64,000 nt of DNA from Takakia lepidozioides (lineage: Eukaryota > Plantae > Bryophyta): contig CM060731.1 of NCBI GenBank assembly GCA_030704615.1, positions 7,812,001-7,876,000 on the forward strand, read 5' to 3'. A program made the position numbers and the translations under genes. How positions within the stretch are numbered: the first letter of the stretch is position 1; each line of letters opens with the position of its first letter. Below are positions 24,217 to 37,200 of the stretch, piece after piece. Below the pieces are notes generated by a model. The model ran no database searches, was not told where the DNA came from, and was given only the letters and a program-made list of their open reading frames with translations.

Positions 24217-25596
24217 CGGGGGCAACAAGCCTGGGTAGAGGCTTTTGTACCGTCAGGAGAGGAGGAGAGTGCGGGTATTGCACCAGGATCACCTCAGTTG
24301 TCACCATTGGATACCACACCTATTGTGTGGCAGTATCCGGATGAAGGCATTTGCCTTCTGGACTTGTTTGGCGGGATCAGCACCGGATTGGCTGTTGTGC
24401 TACAGGCAGGTGTGCGGGTAAGGCGTTACCTGTATGTGGAGAGGGATGAGACTGCACGACGCGTCTCACTGCGCCATGTGGCTCAGTTGGTACAGCAGTA
24501 CCCTGACTTGTTGCCTGTGTCTACAATTCGTGGATACCAACAAGCCTTGCCAGCAGACATTTCCTTGTTGGGGGCGCAAGATTTGGAGCAGGTTGGCTCC
24601 ATTGATCTGATAGTGGCAGGTTGGCCCTGCCAAGGGCATTCATTAGCCGGGCATGGCAATGGATTGCGAGACTCGAGGACGGGTCTGTTTTGGGAGATGG
24701 TGCGGGTTTTGCGCCACTTGCAGCTTCATCAAGCTGTATCTCCAACATACATCTTGGAGAATGTGCCACTGATGGGTGATTCTCGGGCCAGGGTGATGGC
24801 CAGTGTGCATCAAGTCCGGTCGTGGCTTGGGTCAGCAGTGCTGCTGGATGCAGCTGCAGTGGGATCACGGGCTCATCGTCCACGGCTTTGGTGGACTAAC
24901 TTGATGCCACCCGCACTGCTCAAGCGTGCATATGATGGGGTGCAACGGCCAGCACACCTCACCGTGGATGGCATTTTGGACACAGGGAGGCAGTCTCAAC
25001 GTGTGAGACACGATGACCGTTCGCCTTTGGCAGTGGTCAACAGGGTCGGTCAACCACGAACAACATTACCTACACTGCTCAGCTTCCCAGGATCCCATGC
25101 TTTTCGGGATGGTGGACCTGGCCTCTTGTGGGATAGCCAGTTGCAACAGTTAGTGGAGCCTAATGCCGACGAGCGAGAGCGGACTATGGGATTTTCCACT
25201 GGGACCACGGCGGTGCCTTCTCTTTCTGAGGCATCACGTCGTCAGGTGTTGGGGCAAGCAATGGATCTCAATTGCTTGACCTGGATTATCAGCTTGGCTA
25301 TGGCTGAGCAACGTAAAGTGCGGAGTGCACTTCCCTTGATGGTCTCTCTGCCTACCGAGACTGTACAGGCAGCGAGTGGGGGCGAGCCGGTGAGGACCAC
25401 GGGGTGTAGACATCCATGGCACACGTGGGAGGTGCTCGAGGTTCAGAGGGAGTTGGCAGCCAAGGCAGCTGTGATGGATGAGGTTGGGGATTCTTCTCGG
25501 GATGAGGAGGTTTTCAATGATGAGATGATGGGGCAGGATGAGGCCTTGTCATTGACTGAGCAGGAAGGGAGTACTGCTCAAAAGGTTGCAGCATAG
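24217..25596 (+). CDS. C5 cytosine DNA methyltransferase domain (DNMT3-like motif order) inside the element D polyprotein frame
   Basis: Motif I DLFGGI (24361-24378), II YVERD, IV GWPCQ (24619-24633), VI ENV (24757-24765), VIII AHRPRLWWTNL, IX ERERTMGF, X RRQVLGQAM. Confidence 0.93.
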   Translation, partial: RGQQAWVEAFVPSGEEESAGIAPGSPQLSPLDTTPIVWQYPDEGICLLDLFGGISTGLAVVLQAGVRVRRYLYVERDETARRVSLRHVAQLVQQYPDLLPVSTIRGYQQALPADISLLGAQDLEQVGSIDLIVAGWPCQGHSLAGHGNGLRDSRTGLFWEMVRVLRHLQLHQAVSPTYILENVPLMGDSRARVMASVHQVRSWLGSAVLLDAAAVGSRAHRPRLWWTNLMPPALLKRAYDGVQRPAHLTVDGILDTGRQSQRVRHDDRSPLAVVNRVGQPRTTLPTLLSFPGSHAFRDGGPGLLWDSQLQQLVEPNADERERTMGFSTGTTAVPSLSEASRRQVLGQAMDLNCLTWIISLAMAEQRKVRSALPLMVSLPTETVQAASGGEPVRTTGCRHPWHTWEVLEVQRELAAKAAVMDEVGDSSRDEEVFNDEMMGQDEALSLTEQEGSTAQKVAA

Positions 25597-25834
25597 CAAC
25601 CACGGGACGCGTCCTCTACCTCTAAGCCCACTGAACTTAAGGTTGCAGTTACGGAGGACAATTGGGAGCCTGACATTGGACCCATTGTCATCGGAGGAGA
25701 GAGACGACGTATACGGCGGTTCCTGAGGGTTTACAGGAATTGCTTTGCCTTCAGTTTGAAGGACTTGGGAGCACTGAAGGGTCAAGAGATCCGTATTGAG
25801 TTGGCCACTGACACGCCAATATTTCGGAGACCCT
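25597..25834 (+). pseudogene. Element D pre-RT segment up to the A1 insertion
   Basis: In frame with the DNMT: ...YRNCFAFSLKDLGALKGQEIRIELATDTPIFRRP. Confidence 0.85.
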
Positions 25835-26803
25835 TGTTAGAGGACTGTCGGGGACTTAGACACTTATACGGGATCTGTAGGGTACCCTTAATTTTTGCAC
25901 AGACTAAGACCAATTGGAGCCTTAGGGGTGACAGCAGCGCACTGTAGAGGGGGGTTACACAGCCCGTCACAGTCGTCCCAGTCGTCACAGCCGACACAGC
26001 CAACACAGCCCGTCATAGTCGTCACAGCCGACACAGCCAACACAGCCCGTCACAGTCGTCACAGCAGACACAGCCAACACAGCCGACACAGCCCGACACA
26101 GCCAAACACAGTCGCACAGCCAGTCACAGCCCGTCACAGTTTCACACAGCCAGTCACAGCCAGTCACAGCTTGACACAGCTGTCACGATCATAGGGAACG
26201 AAGAGTAGGAACGACTGTGGGGAACAACACCTGCGAAGGGAACATGTTAGTTCACAGACACGGTTAGTGAGGGAAACGGTTAGAACCGCGGATATGAAGA
26301 TAAAGGGAGAAACGGGGAATTGAGGGACATGATTCGGAGGAGGACTTCTTGGTGATAGAGGAGAGGGGATCGGGCAGAGATGAAGAACGGAAGTGAAGAT
26401 AGAGAGATGAAGAGTAGATGCTTGATATATGCAAGGCTGTAATGATATTGTAGAGGAGATTAGAGACACAATGGCTTCGGCCTGATACCTGATAAATCAT
26501 AATCGGATACTTTTACGATACAATCACACTGTGTAGAGAGATCTGAGTGAAGCTGTGGAATGAATGGATGAGTTGATGGAATCCAATAGATTGATAAAGC
26601 AAACTGATACTTAATTATCAATGGTAAGATAGTTAACATGAATACCAAAAGGGAAACAAATAGGAAACACCCCCATGATACACTAGCTGTAGGTCATGAC
26701 TGATTGTTCTGCGCGGGCTGAGTACTTAGAGATTTCCAACTCTTCAATCTTGGAGTTTCCGCCTCGAATAGCGAAGGGATGGGTGAGTAAAAGCCGCGCG
26801 ACA
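25835..26803 (+). repeat. A1 5' LTR
   Basis: TGTTAG...CGACA; direct repeat of 38019-38933. Confidence 0.95.
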
Positions 26804-27391
26804 TTTGGCGACCATACTGGGGACCTGGGACATGAACAACCAGATGTGACAGGCATCTGGTGGGATCATGGTGGTTGGACCATTAAAGAATTTGAAGTGA
26901 ATCAAATTCCCTGTGGAACGAAGGAAGAAAGATTGTCCAAACAATTCTTTCAAAGGTTCTTGGAATTGCCAGACGATTGTAAAGAAAATATTCTTAAACG
27001 AGTGCATGATGCTGATCCAGAATGGGGTCTGGAGAAAGGAGTGATAAAGATTTATCAGGTAGCCTGTAGAGGAAGAGCACGTTGGTTACCAACATTGGTT
27101 TATGTGATAGCATTGCTATCCATTAAACGAGTAGAGTTTGAAGGCTGGGAAGAAAGAAAGGTGAATGTTTATACTCATATGCATGAAGAGCTTGTACTGG
27201 TAAAGAATTGGATTCCAAAGGATATTTTGTGGATCAAACTCACACCAAGAACAGTTTTTCAGACTTGTTTGCCATATGGTTATATGGTAACGGAGACTTC
27301 AAGTATAGCCAAGGGTGCATTGAAGCTTGAAAGAAACCCAGGCATATACGAGAGATATTACAGAAGAGAGTTTTGGTTATTGCCACACTAA
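26696..27391 (+). CDS. Family A ORF0, 231 aa, unknown function
   Basis: Open in all three copies; several inter-copy differences are synonymous. Confidence 0.7.
   Translation: MTDCSARAEYLEISNSSILEFPPRIAKGWVSKSRATFGDHTGDLGHEQPDVTGIWWDHGGWTIKEFEVNQIPCGTKEERLSKQFFQRFLELPDDCKENILKRVHDADPEWGLEKGVIKIYQVACRGRARWLPTLVYVIALLSIKRVEFEGWEERKVNVYTHMHEELVLVKNWIPKDILWIKLTPRTVFQTCLPYGYMVTETSSIAKGALKLERNPGIYERYYRREFWLLPH
26806..26823 (+). promoter_or_regulatory. Primer-binding site, probably tRNA-Arg type
   Basis: TGGCGACCATACTGGGGA 2 nt after the LTR. It resembles the complement of plant tRNA-Arg 3' ends (recalled, not searched). Confidence 0.7.
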
Positions 27392-27412
27392 AAGAAATGA
27401 AAGACATGGGAC

Positions 27413-30400
27413 ATGAGTGATGAAAGAGAAGCTAGACGACAGAGATATTCAGCAAAAAGAGAAAGCTATCTGAAAGCTAATTATCCATATCTTTGGGAGA
27501 GAGGAATAGACATAGGGGAATCATCTGGACCTCTCACACCATTAAGATCAAAGAGTGCATCACCTATACCGGAAGAACTAGAGTTGGATGCCACTCCTTC
27601 TGTTTCTTTGCAAGAAAGATTAAGGGAATTGGTACAGGAAGAAGATCAATCACGAGGTGAAAGATCTGAGGTACATCCTTGGATAAAAGACTTGACAGAA
27701 ATCTTTGATAAGAGTTGGCATGGAACACCAAAAGCAGGAACTCCAGTTTCTGAAGCAGAAGGTGAAGAAGGAGAAGAGGATGTGGCAGAGCCAACGGAGA
27801 GTTCAGACTCTCCAACACCATTACAGTTGAGTTACATGAGTGAAGAAGAAACCCAAGGGCAGAACTTGGAGGATGAAAACAGAGAGAAGAAATTAGAAGA
27901 GGAAGAATATGAAGAAGTAGACCCAACAGCTGAGGTTGAGACTACAACCAGGACATCCCAACCCGTTGGACCTGGATCAAGTGGAGCACTTGGATCACAG
28001 GCCAACGAAGGTGTCGGCTCAGGGGGATCAGGCGGGCTGCCTGGATCTGGCTCTGGGGGACAGGGAGTGTGGGAAGTAGTGCAACTGAAGCTGGGAATAC
28101 TGTGAATATCGTGGGGCCAGAAGCAGGGAGTGCTCAAGGGCCACCACTTGGTGGAAGATCCACCACAAAAACAACAGGTCCAGAAGGACCAGCACCAGCA
28201 AGGGTGCCAGCACCTGTCAGTGGGCAGAAGGTAGGGCCACAGATGGCGTTACAACCAACACGGGCAAAACCACCTTTCCTATTCAGGAAAAGGGGATCCC
28301 GATGTACACATTAGCCAATTTGAGCACATGTGTATAGTGAACAATGAGAATGGCGATGATGCCAAGATGAGATTGTTTCCTTGTTCACTTATCAAGAAAG
28401 CAAGTGAATGGTATGCAAGATTCCCTGATAATCATTTCCTAACCTGGAATGGCTTGAATACAGCATTTCGAAATAGGTTCAGGACAAGTAAAACTGAGGA
28501 TGAAGTGTATGGAAGTTTACAACAGCTGAAGCAGAAGAAGCATGAAACTGTTGAAGAGTATATGGAGAAGATGGAATTGATGATGAAAAAGCTGGCTGCA
28601 GTACCAGCGCCCGGTTTACAGAAGACTTGGTTTGTGAGTGGACTAAGACCAGAGTTGCAAAAGAAAGTGGATATGTTACCCCATAATACAGTGGAGGAGG
28701 CATTTGAAACTGCGAACAGAATTGAGCAATTGGGAATGCTCAGGAGAGAGAAAAAAGAAGATGAGGACTCTGAGGATGAGTCAGATGAAGAAGAAGAGCA
28801 AGAACTAAAAAGAAAGAGTAAGAGAAAGGAGAAGTTGAAGAGGGATAACTATGAAAAAAAATTGGAAGAAATCTTGAAGAAGTATGCCACAGAGGCTGCA
28901 ACACATTGGAGGAAGGGTGTATGGTGTGCAAAGTGCCAGAATGAAGGCCATACCACCACAGAATGCCACATGAAGGAGAAACACTGTACTATCTGTAAAA
29001 TGGATAACCATTCTACTGAGAATTGTTACTACAACAGAAGGACAGCTGCAAGAGAACCTAGGCAAGTAAGGGTGCATCAGGTGCAGCCCCAGCCAAGAAG
29101 AAACAATGATCAGGACCACTATGGTAGGTCTGGTGGTTATAACAATGGCATGGAAGGGAGAGGTAATTCAAGAGGGAATTACCAAGGAAATTCCAGAGGC
29201 AACTATCAGGGTAATCCAAGGGGGAATTACCAGCCCGGGAATCAGGATTATAGAAATAATCCAAGAACAGACCAAGGGCGAGGACCCAATGGTGAAGAGC
29301 TATGTTACTATTGTAATCAGCCAGGACATCGCAAGGCAGCCTGTTCATTCTGGATAAGACACCAGAATGAGATGAGAGCTCCTGTGAATGAGGGCCCAGT
29401 GGTGGCAGCTCACATGGTTAGGCCATGTGTTGTACCAGAAGTAAGTACAATGATAGTAACAAGAAGTAAAGCCAAACTAATACCTCCAGTAGAAGAGGAA
29501 GAAGATGAGACTGGAAGTGGCAATGATATGCCTGAAGATGAAGAGACTTGGAAAGATGAGAAGGAACTGCACAAGGAAGTGGCAGATACTATAAGGGAAA
29601 TGCAAAAGAGTACTGATATTCCTGTGGCAGATTCCTCTGATTCGGATGGAGAAAAAGAAGGGAGTGAGGAAGAAAGGAAAAAAGAAGATGCAGACATGCA
29701 AAGTAATGAAGAGACTTTGGCTGAAGTAATATGTCAGACCAAAGCAGAAATTACCATTGGACAGCTATTAGCTGTGGCACCTTATTGTAGGCACAGGCTG
29801 TATCAAGCAATCAATCGAATTGCCCAAGAGACAGGAAACACAGACCTGAACAGCAAGGTGACCAGTTATAATGTGAAGCCGGAAGGGCGAGAAACAGTCA
29901 TGGACTTTGATGATTCTATGCCAGTAATCCAATTGAGAATTGGAAGCACAGAACTAACTGATGTACTGATAGATGGTGGTTCTGGAGTAAATATCATGAC
30001 AGACCAATTAAGGAAGAAGCTTGGTCTAAGTAACATGAAACCAGCCCCATTTACAGTAACAATGGCAGATCAAAGAAGTGTACAGCCATTGGGATTAATA
30101 AGAGGAGTTAAGATACAGATACAGAAAATGATCTTTATGATCACAGTAACTGTATTAAAAATGGATGAAGTCATGGAGGCTTACTCCTTATTATTGGGAC
30201 GTCCGTGGCTGAAACAGGCCAGGGTATTCCATGACTGGAATTCTCAGTTACTAACCGTGCATAATGGGATACACGAGATACAAATTACCACAAAGAAATC
30301 TAGTAGATTACCTGCTACAAGAAGACCTCGAGGAGTCAGAGAGTATGACTGGAGAGGAGGACTGGATGAGGAGCAGGAAGCTACCCTATTTGCTGCACAC

Positions 30401-33400
30401 CCAGAGTGGGAGCAGGTTGCAGAGATGCGGCTGGAAAGCCTAAGTTGTTTGAGAGGTATCTGCTGTGGTGTAGTGACAGCAACACCAACTGAAGAGGAAA
30501 CCAGCATTTACCCATCACATTTCTATGAAGAAAGAGAAGGAGAAATAGAAATCCTAGAAGAACCAGCCACTGTGAGCTTACAGGATGAAGTGGTGACTGG
30601 TTGGACAATCACAGCTGATGAGCAGGTGAGAGAAGTAAATGTGGGAACTAAAGAGGAACCGAGGATGGTGAAAGTAGGAGCTGATTTGGAGCCGGAATTC
30701 TTCGAAGAAGCTAAAAGCTTGTTCATCAAATACAGAGATGTATTTGCTTGGAGCTATGAGGATCTAAAAGGGATACCACCTGAAGTCTGTCAGCATAAGA
30801 TTGAACTGGAACCAGGGTCAGTACCAATCAAGCAGGCGAGGTATAGAATGAATCCCAACTACGCACAGAAGGTTGGAGAAGAGATAAAGAAGTTGGCTGA
30901 GGCTAAGTTTATATACCCAATAGAGTATACAACTTGGTTGTCACCCATTGTTATAGTTCCCAAGAAGAATGGCAAACTAAGAGTATGTGTGAACTATAAG
31001 AAGCTGAATGCTTGTACGAAGAAAGATCCTTTCCCTTTGCCATTCACAGAAGCAGTATTAGACACTGTGGCAGGCCATGAGATGTACTCATTCATGGATG
31101 GCTTCAGTGGTTATAATCAAGTGCAAGTGGCAGAAGAAGACCAAGGGAAAACAGCTTTCATCACAGACTGGGGGGCTTATGCATACAAAGTCATGCCCTT
31201 TGGACTTTGTAATGCACCAGCGACCTTTCAGAGAGTGATAAGTGAATCTTTTCATGAGTATCTGGATGATTTCATGCAGGTATTCTTGGATGATTTCAGT
31301 GTGTACAGCTCTAAGAGTGAGCACTTGCATAAATTGGAGTTATGTTTGGCCAGATGCAGGATGAGAGGTCTGGGCCTGAATCCAGAGAAGTGTACTTTCT
31401 GTGTGAACTCAGGGGTGCTTCTGGGACACATTGTGTGTAAGAAGGGACTCTTGTGGATCCCAGAAAGACAGAGTCCATTAAAGCCTCTCCACCACCAGTG
31501 AATGTTAAAAGTCTACGGAGATTCCTTGGGCAAACCAGTTATTACAGGAGATTTGTCAAAAGGTATGCACAAATAGCAGCACCATTGAGCAAACTACTGA
31601 AGAAAGATGCAGTGTTTGCCTGGACAGCTGAATGTCAACAGGCATTTGAGGAACTTACACTGTCAGTAACAACTACACCTGTGCTGATTAACCCTCACTG
31701 GCATGTAGTATTCCATGTTCACTGCGATGCATCAGGAGAAGCGTTGGGAGCGGTGTTAGCCCAGAATGTTACAGGGAATATAGATTCACCTGTGTACTAT
31801 GCTAGCCGGTTGATGAACAGTGCTGAGAGGAACTATAGCACAACGGAAAGAGAAGCATTGGCAATGATCTATGCAGTGAAGAAATTCAGGCATTACCTGT
31901 TGGGCAAGAAGTTTATGTTCTATGTGGATCACCAGGCTCTGATATACCTGGTAAACAAACCTCTGATAAGTGGAAGAATAGCAAGATGGTTGATAATCTT
32001 GCACGAGTTTGAGTTCGAGGTTGTTTACAAGCCTGGAGACTGCATCTTGTGGCGGATCATTTGTCACGATTGTCAACAGGAGAACCAGCCACAGGAATAG
32101 ATGATCAATTACCAGATGCGAGTCTCTTTGCAGTGGAGGTGCAGGGAAGTGCAGATGACTGGTTAGATTGGCAGTGGCCAATCAGATACTACCTTGCTCA
32201 TGGTCAGTGCCCACCTAGTTATGGTAAGGAGCAGAGGAAGAGAATCGCTATCAAAGCTTTACCTTATACTATGGTAGGAAGCAGAATGTATAAGTTAGGA
32301 CCTGATGGAGTACTAAAACGATGCTTGTACCACCATGAAGTAAATAAAGTTTTGGCGGAAGTTCATAAAGGAGTGGCTGGAGGTCATTTTGGAGAAGAGA
32401 CTACCAGTAGAAAGATACTACTCGCAGGATACTGGTGGCCTACTTTGTTCAAAGATGTACACGAGTATTGTCAGAAGTGTGATGAATGTCAGAGGCTAGG
32501 ACCTTTGCAGAGATCTGGAAGGATGGCCTTGCATCCTACAATGCCTACGGAACCATTTCAGAAATGGGGACTAGACTTTGTTGGACCAATTAACCCACCA
32601 TCCAAGAATACACGAAACAGGTACATAATTACAGCCACTGATTATACTACAAAGTGGGTGGAAGCTAAAGCTTTGAGGGACAACACAGCCAAGTCCACAG
32701 CAAGGTTCCTGTACGAGAACATACTTACACGATTTGGCTGTCCCTTAGAATTTATCAGTGATCAAGGAAGTCACTTCATGAATGAGACCATTGAGTTGTT
32801 GACTAAAGAGTTTATGATTGTGCATAGAAAGAGTACAACATATTACCCACAGGGTAATGGGCAGGCAGAGGCTACCAACAAAATACTATGTACTATCTTG
32901 GCTAAGATAGTCAATGCAAACAGAACGGATTGGGATACAAAGCTGCTGACAGCTTTGTGGTCATACAGGACTTCATATAAAGTCACCACTAAGTATACAC
33001 CATTCCAATTAGTTTATGGTATGGAAGCCTTACTTCCAGTGGAATTCCTGTTACCTACCATGAGAACGGAGTGGGGAAAAGAATGGAATTGCAAGACTCC
33101 ATCAAGGTCAGGAAACATGAATTATACCATGTGGAAGAAGTACGTGCTGATGCAGCTGATAATATGACCAGAATTCAGATGAAGCGAAAGGAACAGTTTG
33201 ATGAAGGCAAGTTAAAGACTTTTAAGACGGGGGATTTGGTTCTATGGTTGCAGAAGAAAGGAAAGATTCAAGCTTCTAAGCTTAAATCACCATGGAAAGG
33301 ACCTTATGTCATACAAAAGATGTATGATAACAACACCGCCATGTTACAAACCATTAACAAAGAAATGCTGGGAAGAGTCAATGCAAATAAGTTGAAGGGG

Positions 33401-33838
33401 TACAGTGGTATCCATGACAAACCCTTGCAGCATGATTTGCATGTTGAACCGCAAGAGCAGTCACGGGCTGCACCAGTGTTACGAACGGAGTATGGAGCAC
33501 TTGTCGCTAGGCCCAGCATATATGACCAGGGTGGGCAAAACAAACGTGACACATCCTATCACAGCCCATCACAACGTGACACAGCCTATCACAGCCCAGC
33601 ACGGCGCAACACAGCCTATCACAGCCCATCACGACGTGACACAGCCTATCACAGCCCATCACAACGTGACACAGCCTATCACAGCCCAGCACGGCGCAAC
33701 ACAGCCTATCACAGCCCATCACAACGTGACACAGCTATCACAGCCCAGCACGGCGCAACACAGCCTATCACAACCTACCACAGCGTGTCACAGCCTATCA
33801 CAGCTTACCACAGTGCATCACAGCCTATCACAGCGTAA
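27413..33838 (+). pseudogene. gag-pol: A1 gag-pol with several frameshifts (Gag, CCHC knuckles, PR, RT, RNase H, integrase)
   Basis: ORFs 27413-28105, 28069-28314, 28328-31501, 31453-32100, 32049-33167 and 33071-33838. Motifs CYYCNQPGHRKAAC, IDGGS, FLDDF, CDAS, WGLDF, SDQG, WKGPY. Confidence 0.93.
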
Positions 33839-33876
33839 CACAGTATGACACAGCCTGTCACAGCTCAACACAGCCT
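33546..33876 (+). repeat. 30-bp tandem array (acacagcctatcacagccca...) after integrase
   Basis: Translates as a 10-aa repeat RDTAYHSPSQ/RNTAYHSPSR; shorter version at ~54922-55135. Confidence 0.9.
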
Positions 33877-34254
33877 ACTAAAGTTACACGATCCATAGAA
33901 TCAGTGACAAGTGGACGCATAATAACTTCAGGAAAATGGCTGACGGAAGAGGAAACGGAAATTACTTTAAAAATAGACACGTGGAGGTCAGGGCGCGACA
34001 CACAGCCGAGAAGGAAGTGCAAGAACAGGTGTCAAAAAGAAAGAGGACAAGAACGGCCGTCAAAAGGGATGAAAGGCGGGCCCATTAATGAATACGGAAA
34101 AAGGGAAACGGAACGAACGGCAAGTACAGAAAAGCGGAATTCTTGTCACATGTGTGATCCTAGTGGACTATCCAACAGGGAAAGTCCACTAAAGAAAATA
34201 AAATCTAAAATCCAGTCACAGCGGATACAGCCAATAGAAAACCAGAGAAAGGAT

Positions 34255-37200
34255 CAAGAAAATGGAGGGAAATTGAGCGCAAGAGGCGGCGTCGTTCTGA
34301 GTAACGGGCGTCTCGACAGGACAGACCATCAATGCTATAACTTGGAAACTATGGAGGAACTAACAGACTATACGCTCGCAATATTACTTACGCAGTGGCA
34401 TAGACACGAAAGGACAGAGCGGAGCTTTTCTCTTGAGCGATGCTTGCAAGCCCCGCAGGCTTACAAGAAATTACCCATAGCTTTCTGGCAACCATACGTT
34501 TATGCTTTGTGCACTACAGGCATTCCTGCAGTTGTTACAGCCAAAACAGTTCTGTGAGTCTAAAATGAAGAGAGTGAGAGGAATGGAGGAAATCAGGGTG
34601 AAGAGCACCACAATTCTGCAGAAACAAACGATTGCTACCCCACAGGCGATACAGATACTGGAGGAGCTGAGATTGCAAGGATTGCAAAGCCTAGATTGGA
34701 CACTACACCATAGACAGTACATGTTACAATTTTTGCAGAACTTTGAGCCAAGGACAGGAACAACAACGGTGAAGGGAGTTGAATTAATGATTACTCCCCT
34801 ATACCTCCAGCAATTGTTTCGATTGCCAGCAGGTCAGGTGCATGTGGAGGAACACAGGGCAAGACTGCAAATAGGGGACTTATTCCAAGAAGGGAGTTTC
34901 TTTAAAACTCAGGGTTATGCTTGTACCAAGGCTGTGTACCCAGGGTTAAAAGAGGTAGGCCAGGTATTGAACGTTCTGATTGCCATGAAACAGAACCAAC
35001 AGTATTTGAGCAGATCCTTCACGGAGGAAATACTCAAAGGCCTGAAGGGACAAGAGGTACAATGGGCGGACATAATGTACAACGCACTGGTAGAGGAGAT
35101 GAAAAGATTACAAGGTACTACCGCAAAGTCTCCTATAATAGTGTCTGGCCCAATCATTGCTCAAATAATCCTTGATTCTGGCATACTTAATGCGCAAGAA
35201 AGAAAGGAAATGGGAGTGTTTGAGCCAGAAACAACTGCAATGGAAGAGCAAGGCTCTTCACACAGTGAGGGTGGACTAGCAGGGCAACCTGAGACTAAGA
35301 GGCAGAGACGGGGAAAGACTGTGGTGGCGGATCCACTGGCTTCACGGATTCCGCATGATAATGTTTCCCAAGCTCATGGCCAGGAAGGGGCACAGCAGCA
35401 CAGAGAAATGCTATTACTGGAAGCAGGACCTTCAGAGAGGGAGGAGGAAGTTACTTCTGCATCACAACCATCACAGCCACCTGAACGACTTGTCACAAGG
35501 TCACAAGTTATCCATGCAGCTCAACCAGAAATAATTGATTTGGAAAGAGAAGGGTTAGATATTCCAACTACAGAACAGATAGTGGCAGAAATAGAGAAGG
35601 GGGACCTTCTCTATGAATATTCTGGTCTGGTCAAGGAGACAGAAATCCCAGAGGTGCAACAGTTGCCCAAGGGAAATCATGAGGTGCATATAATACAAAC
35701 ACCTGTGTCGGAGGTACCACAGGCGGAAGGTCATGACACTGTAGCACCGGTGATAGATGAAGTAGTTCAGGAAGAAAATTGGGGACTTATGTCAAATCCC
35801 ATGTTCCAATTACCCAATTGACAGCCTTGAGAGAGGAACTCAGGAAGGAGTTTGAGGCTCGACTAGCCACTGAGTGTGCAAACAAGGTCGATGAAGAGGT
35901 CACTCTCAAGATGCAGCAGGACTTGGGAAATACAGAAATGGCTTTGCAATTGGCCAAGGAACAATTGATTGAGGCAGGCCTCGCGCAAGACCAGTTGCAC
36001 GAAGCACATAAGCAACAGCTATACCAAATGCAGGTGCAGCATGAAAGCAAGTTGCAAGAACTGAATGCACTACATACGGAGTTGCAGACAGTGCATAACA
36101 GGATGGCGATACAATGTGCTACATTCACAACTATGCTTGACCAATCTACAAAAGAAATAAACAGTCAAGCGGAAAAATGTACGAAGGCAGAAGAAGAGAA
36201 TGTTGAGCAAATGAAGCTCATTGTCGATATGAAGAATACAATCTGTCGCAATGAAGATACTTTCAAGCAATACAGGCAGATTGAAGCTGATCAAGAGAAG
36301 CACATCGTGGAGTTGCAACAAACCATCATGGCCAATAGAAATGAAATCGCGGTCAATAACAAGGCTTGGAAGGAAGCCAATAATCTACTTGCTGCTTATG
36401 CGCAATTGGTTGAACCTCAGGCGAAGCGCATGGAGGCTTTACAACAGCAGTTGGAATTGTACAAGCTAAGAGAGGAGCAAACTCTCAGGGGAACCACAAG
36501 CAACTTGGTGGATAACAGCCTTATGCAGGTCTGGTTAGCACAAGGGCCAGTAGAGGGCAAAGCACCACGGAAGCTCACCCAAAGCGAGATGAATGAGCTC
36601 AGGCTGCAGGTGCAGAACATTGCCACAACTACTATAGACAATGTCTATAGTAGGATAGCAGAGTTACAAGAGGATGTAGACGGACTGCAGACTCAAGTGG
36701 AAGACCTCACTTCAAACATCGACCAAAGAGTCTATATCCCTCAGGAACAGCTAATGGCTTCTTATTTACAAGCCAGAACTTTGGCTTTTCAGTCTTCACA
36801 GGAGGGCAGGAGATGCCAATGATACAAGAGCCAGTACCACCACCACCACAACAAGTCACTGTACCAGTAGCTGAACCTGTGGTTACTACAACCACACCAC
36901 AGCCACCACAGCCGGAGGTATGGGGCAATGCCGCTTTTAACCCACCTAAAACTCCAGCTGCCAGGGAGTACAGTAGGGCTATGATTATGCCCTTCAACCA
37001 AATTCCCATCATGTTGGATTTGGCTTGGAAAGAATTTAGTCCTCCGCAGTCATTCGCACATTACTACCAAATCATGCGTATTTGGCTGCCAGTGGCAACT
37101 AGGACTAAAGTTCTTCCGAACAATCGACATATTGAAGATCATCACTTTGCACAATACTGGCACGAGGCAGGTACCATGTTGAGGGAATTGATTGCTTTCC

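Noticed and set aside
24298-25596. Host DNMT3/DRM gene or bacterial contamination
   Set aside because: Intronless, in frame with Gag-PR and RT, and inside terminal repeats, so it is part of the retroelement.
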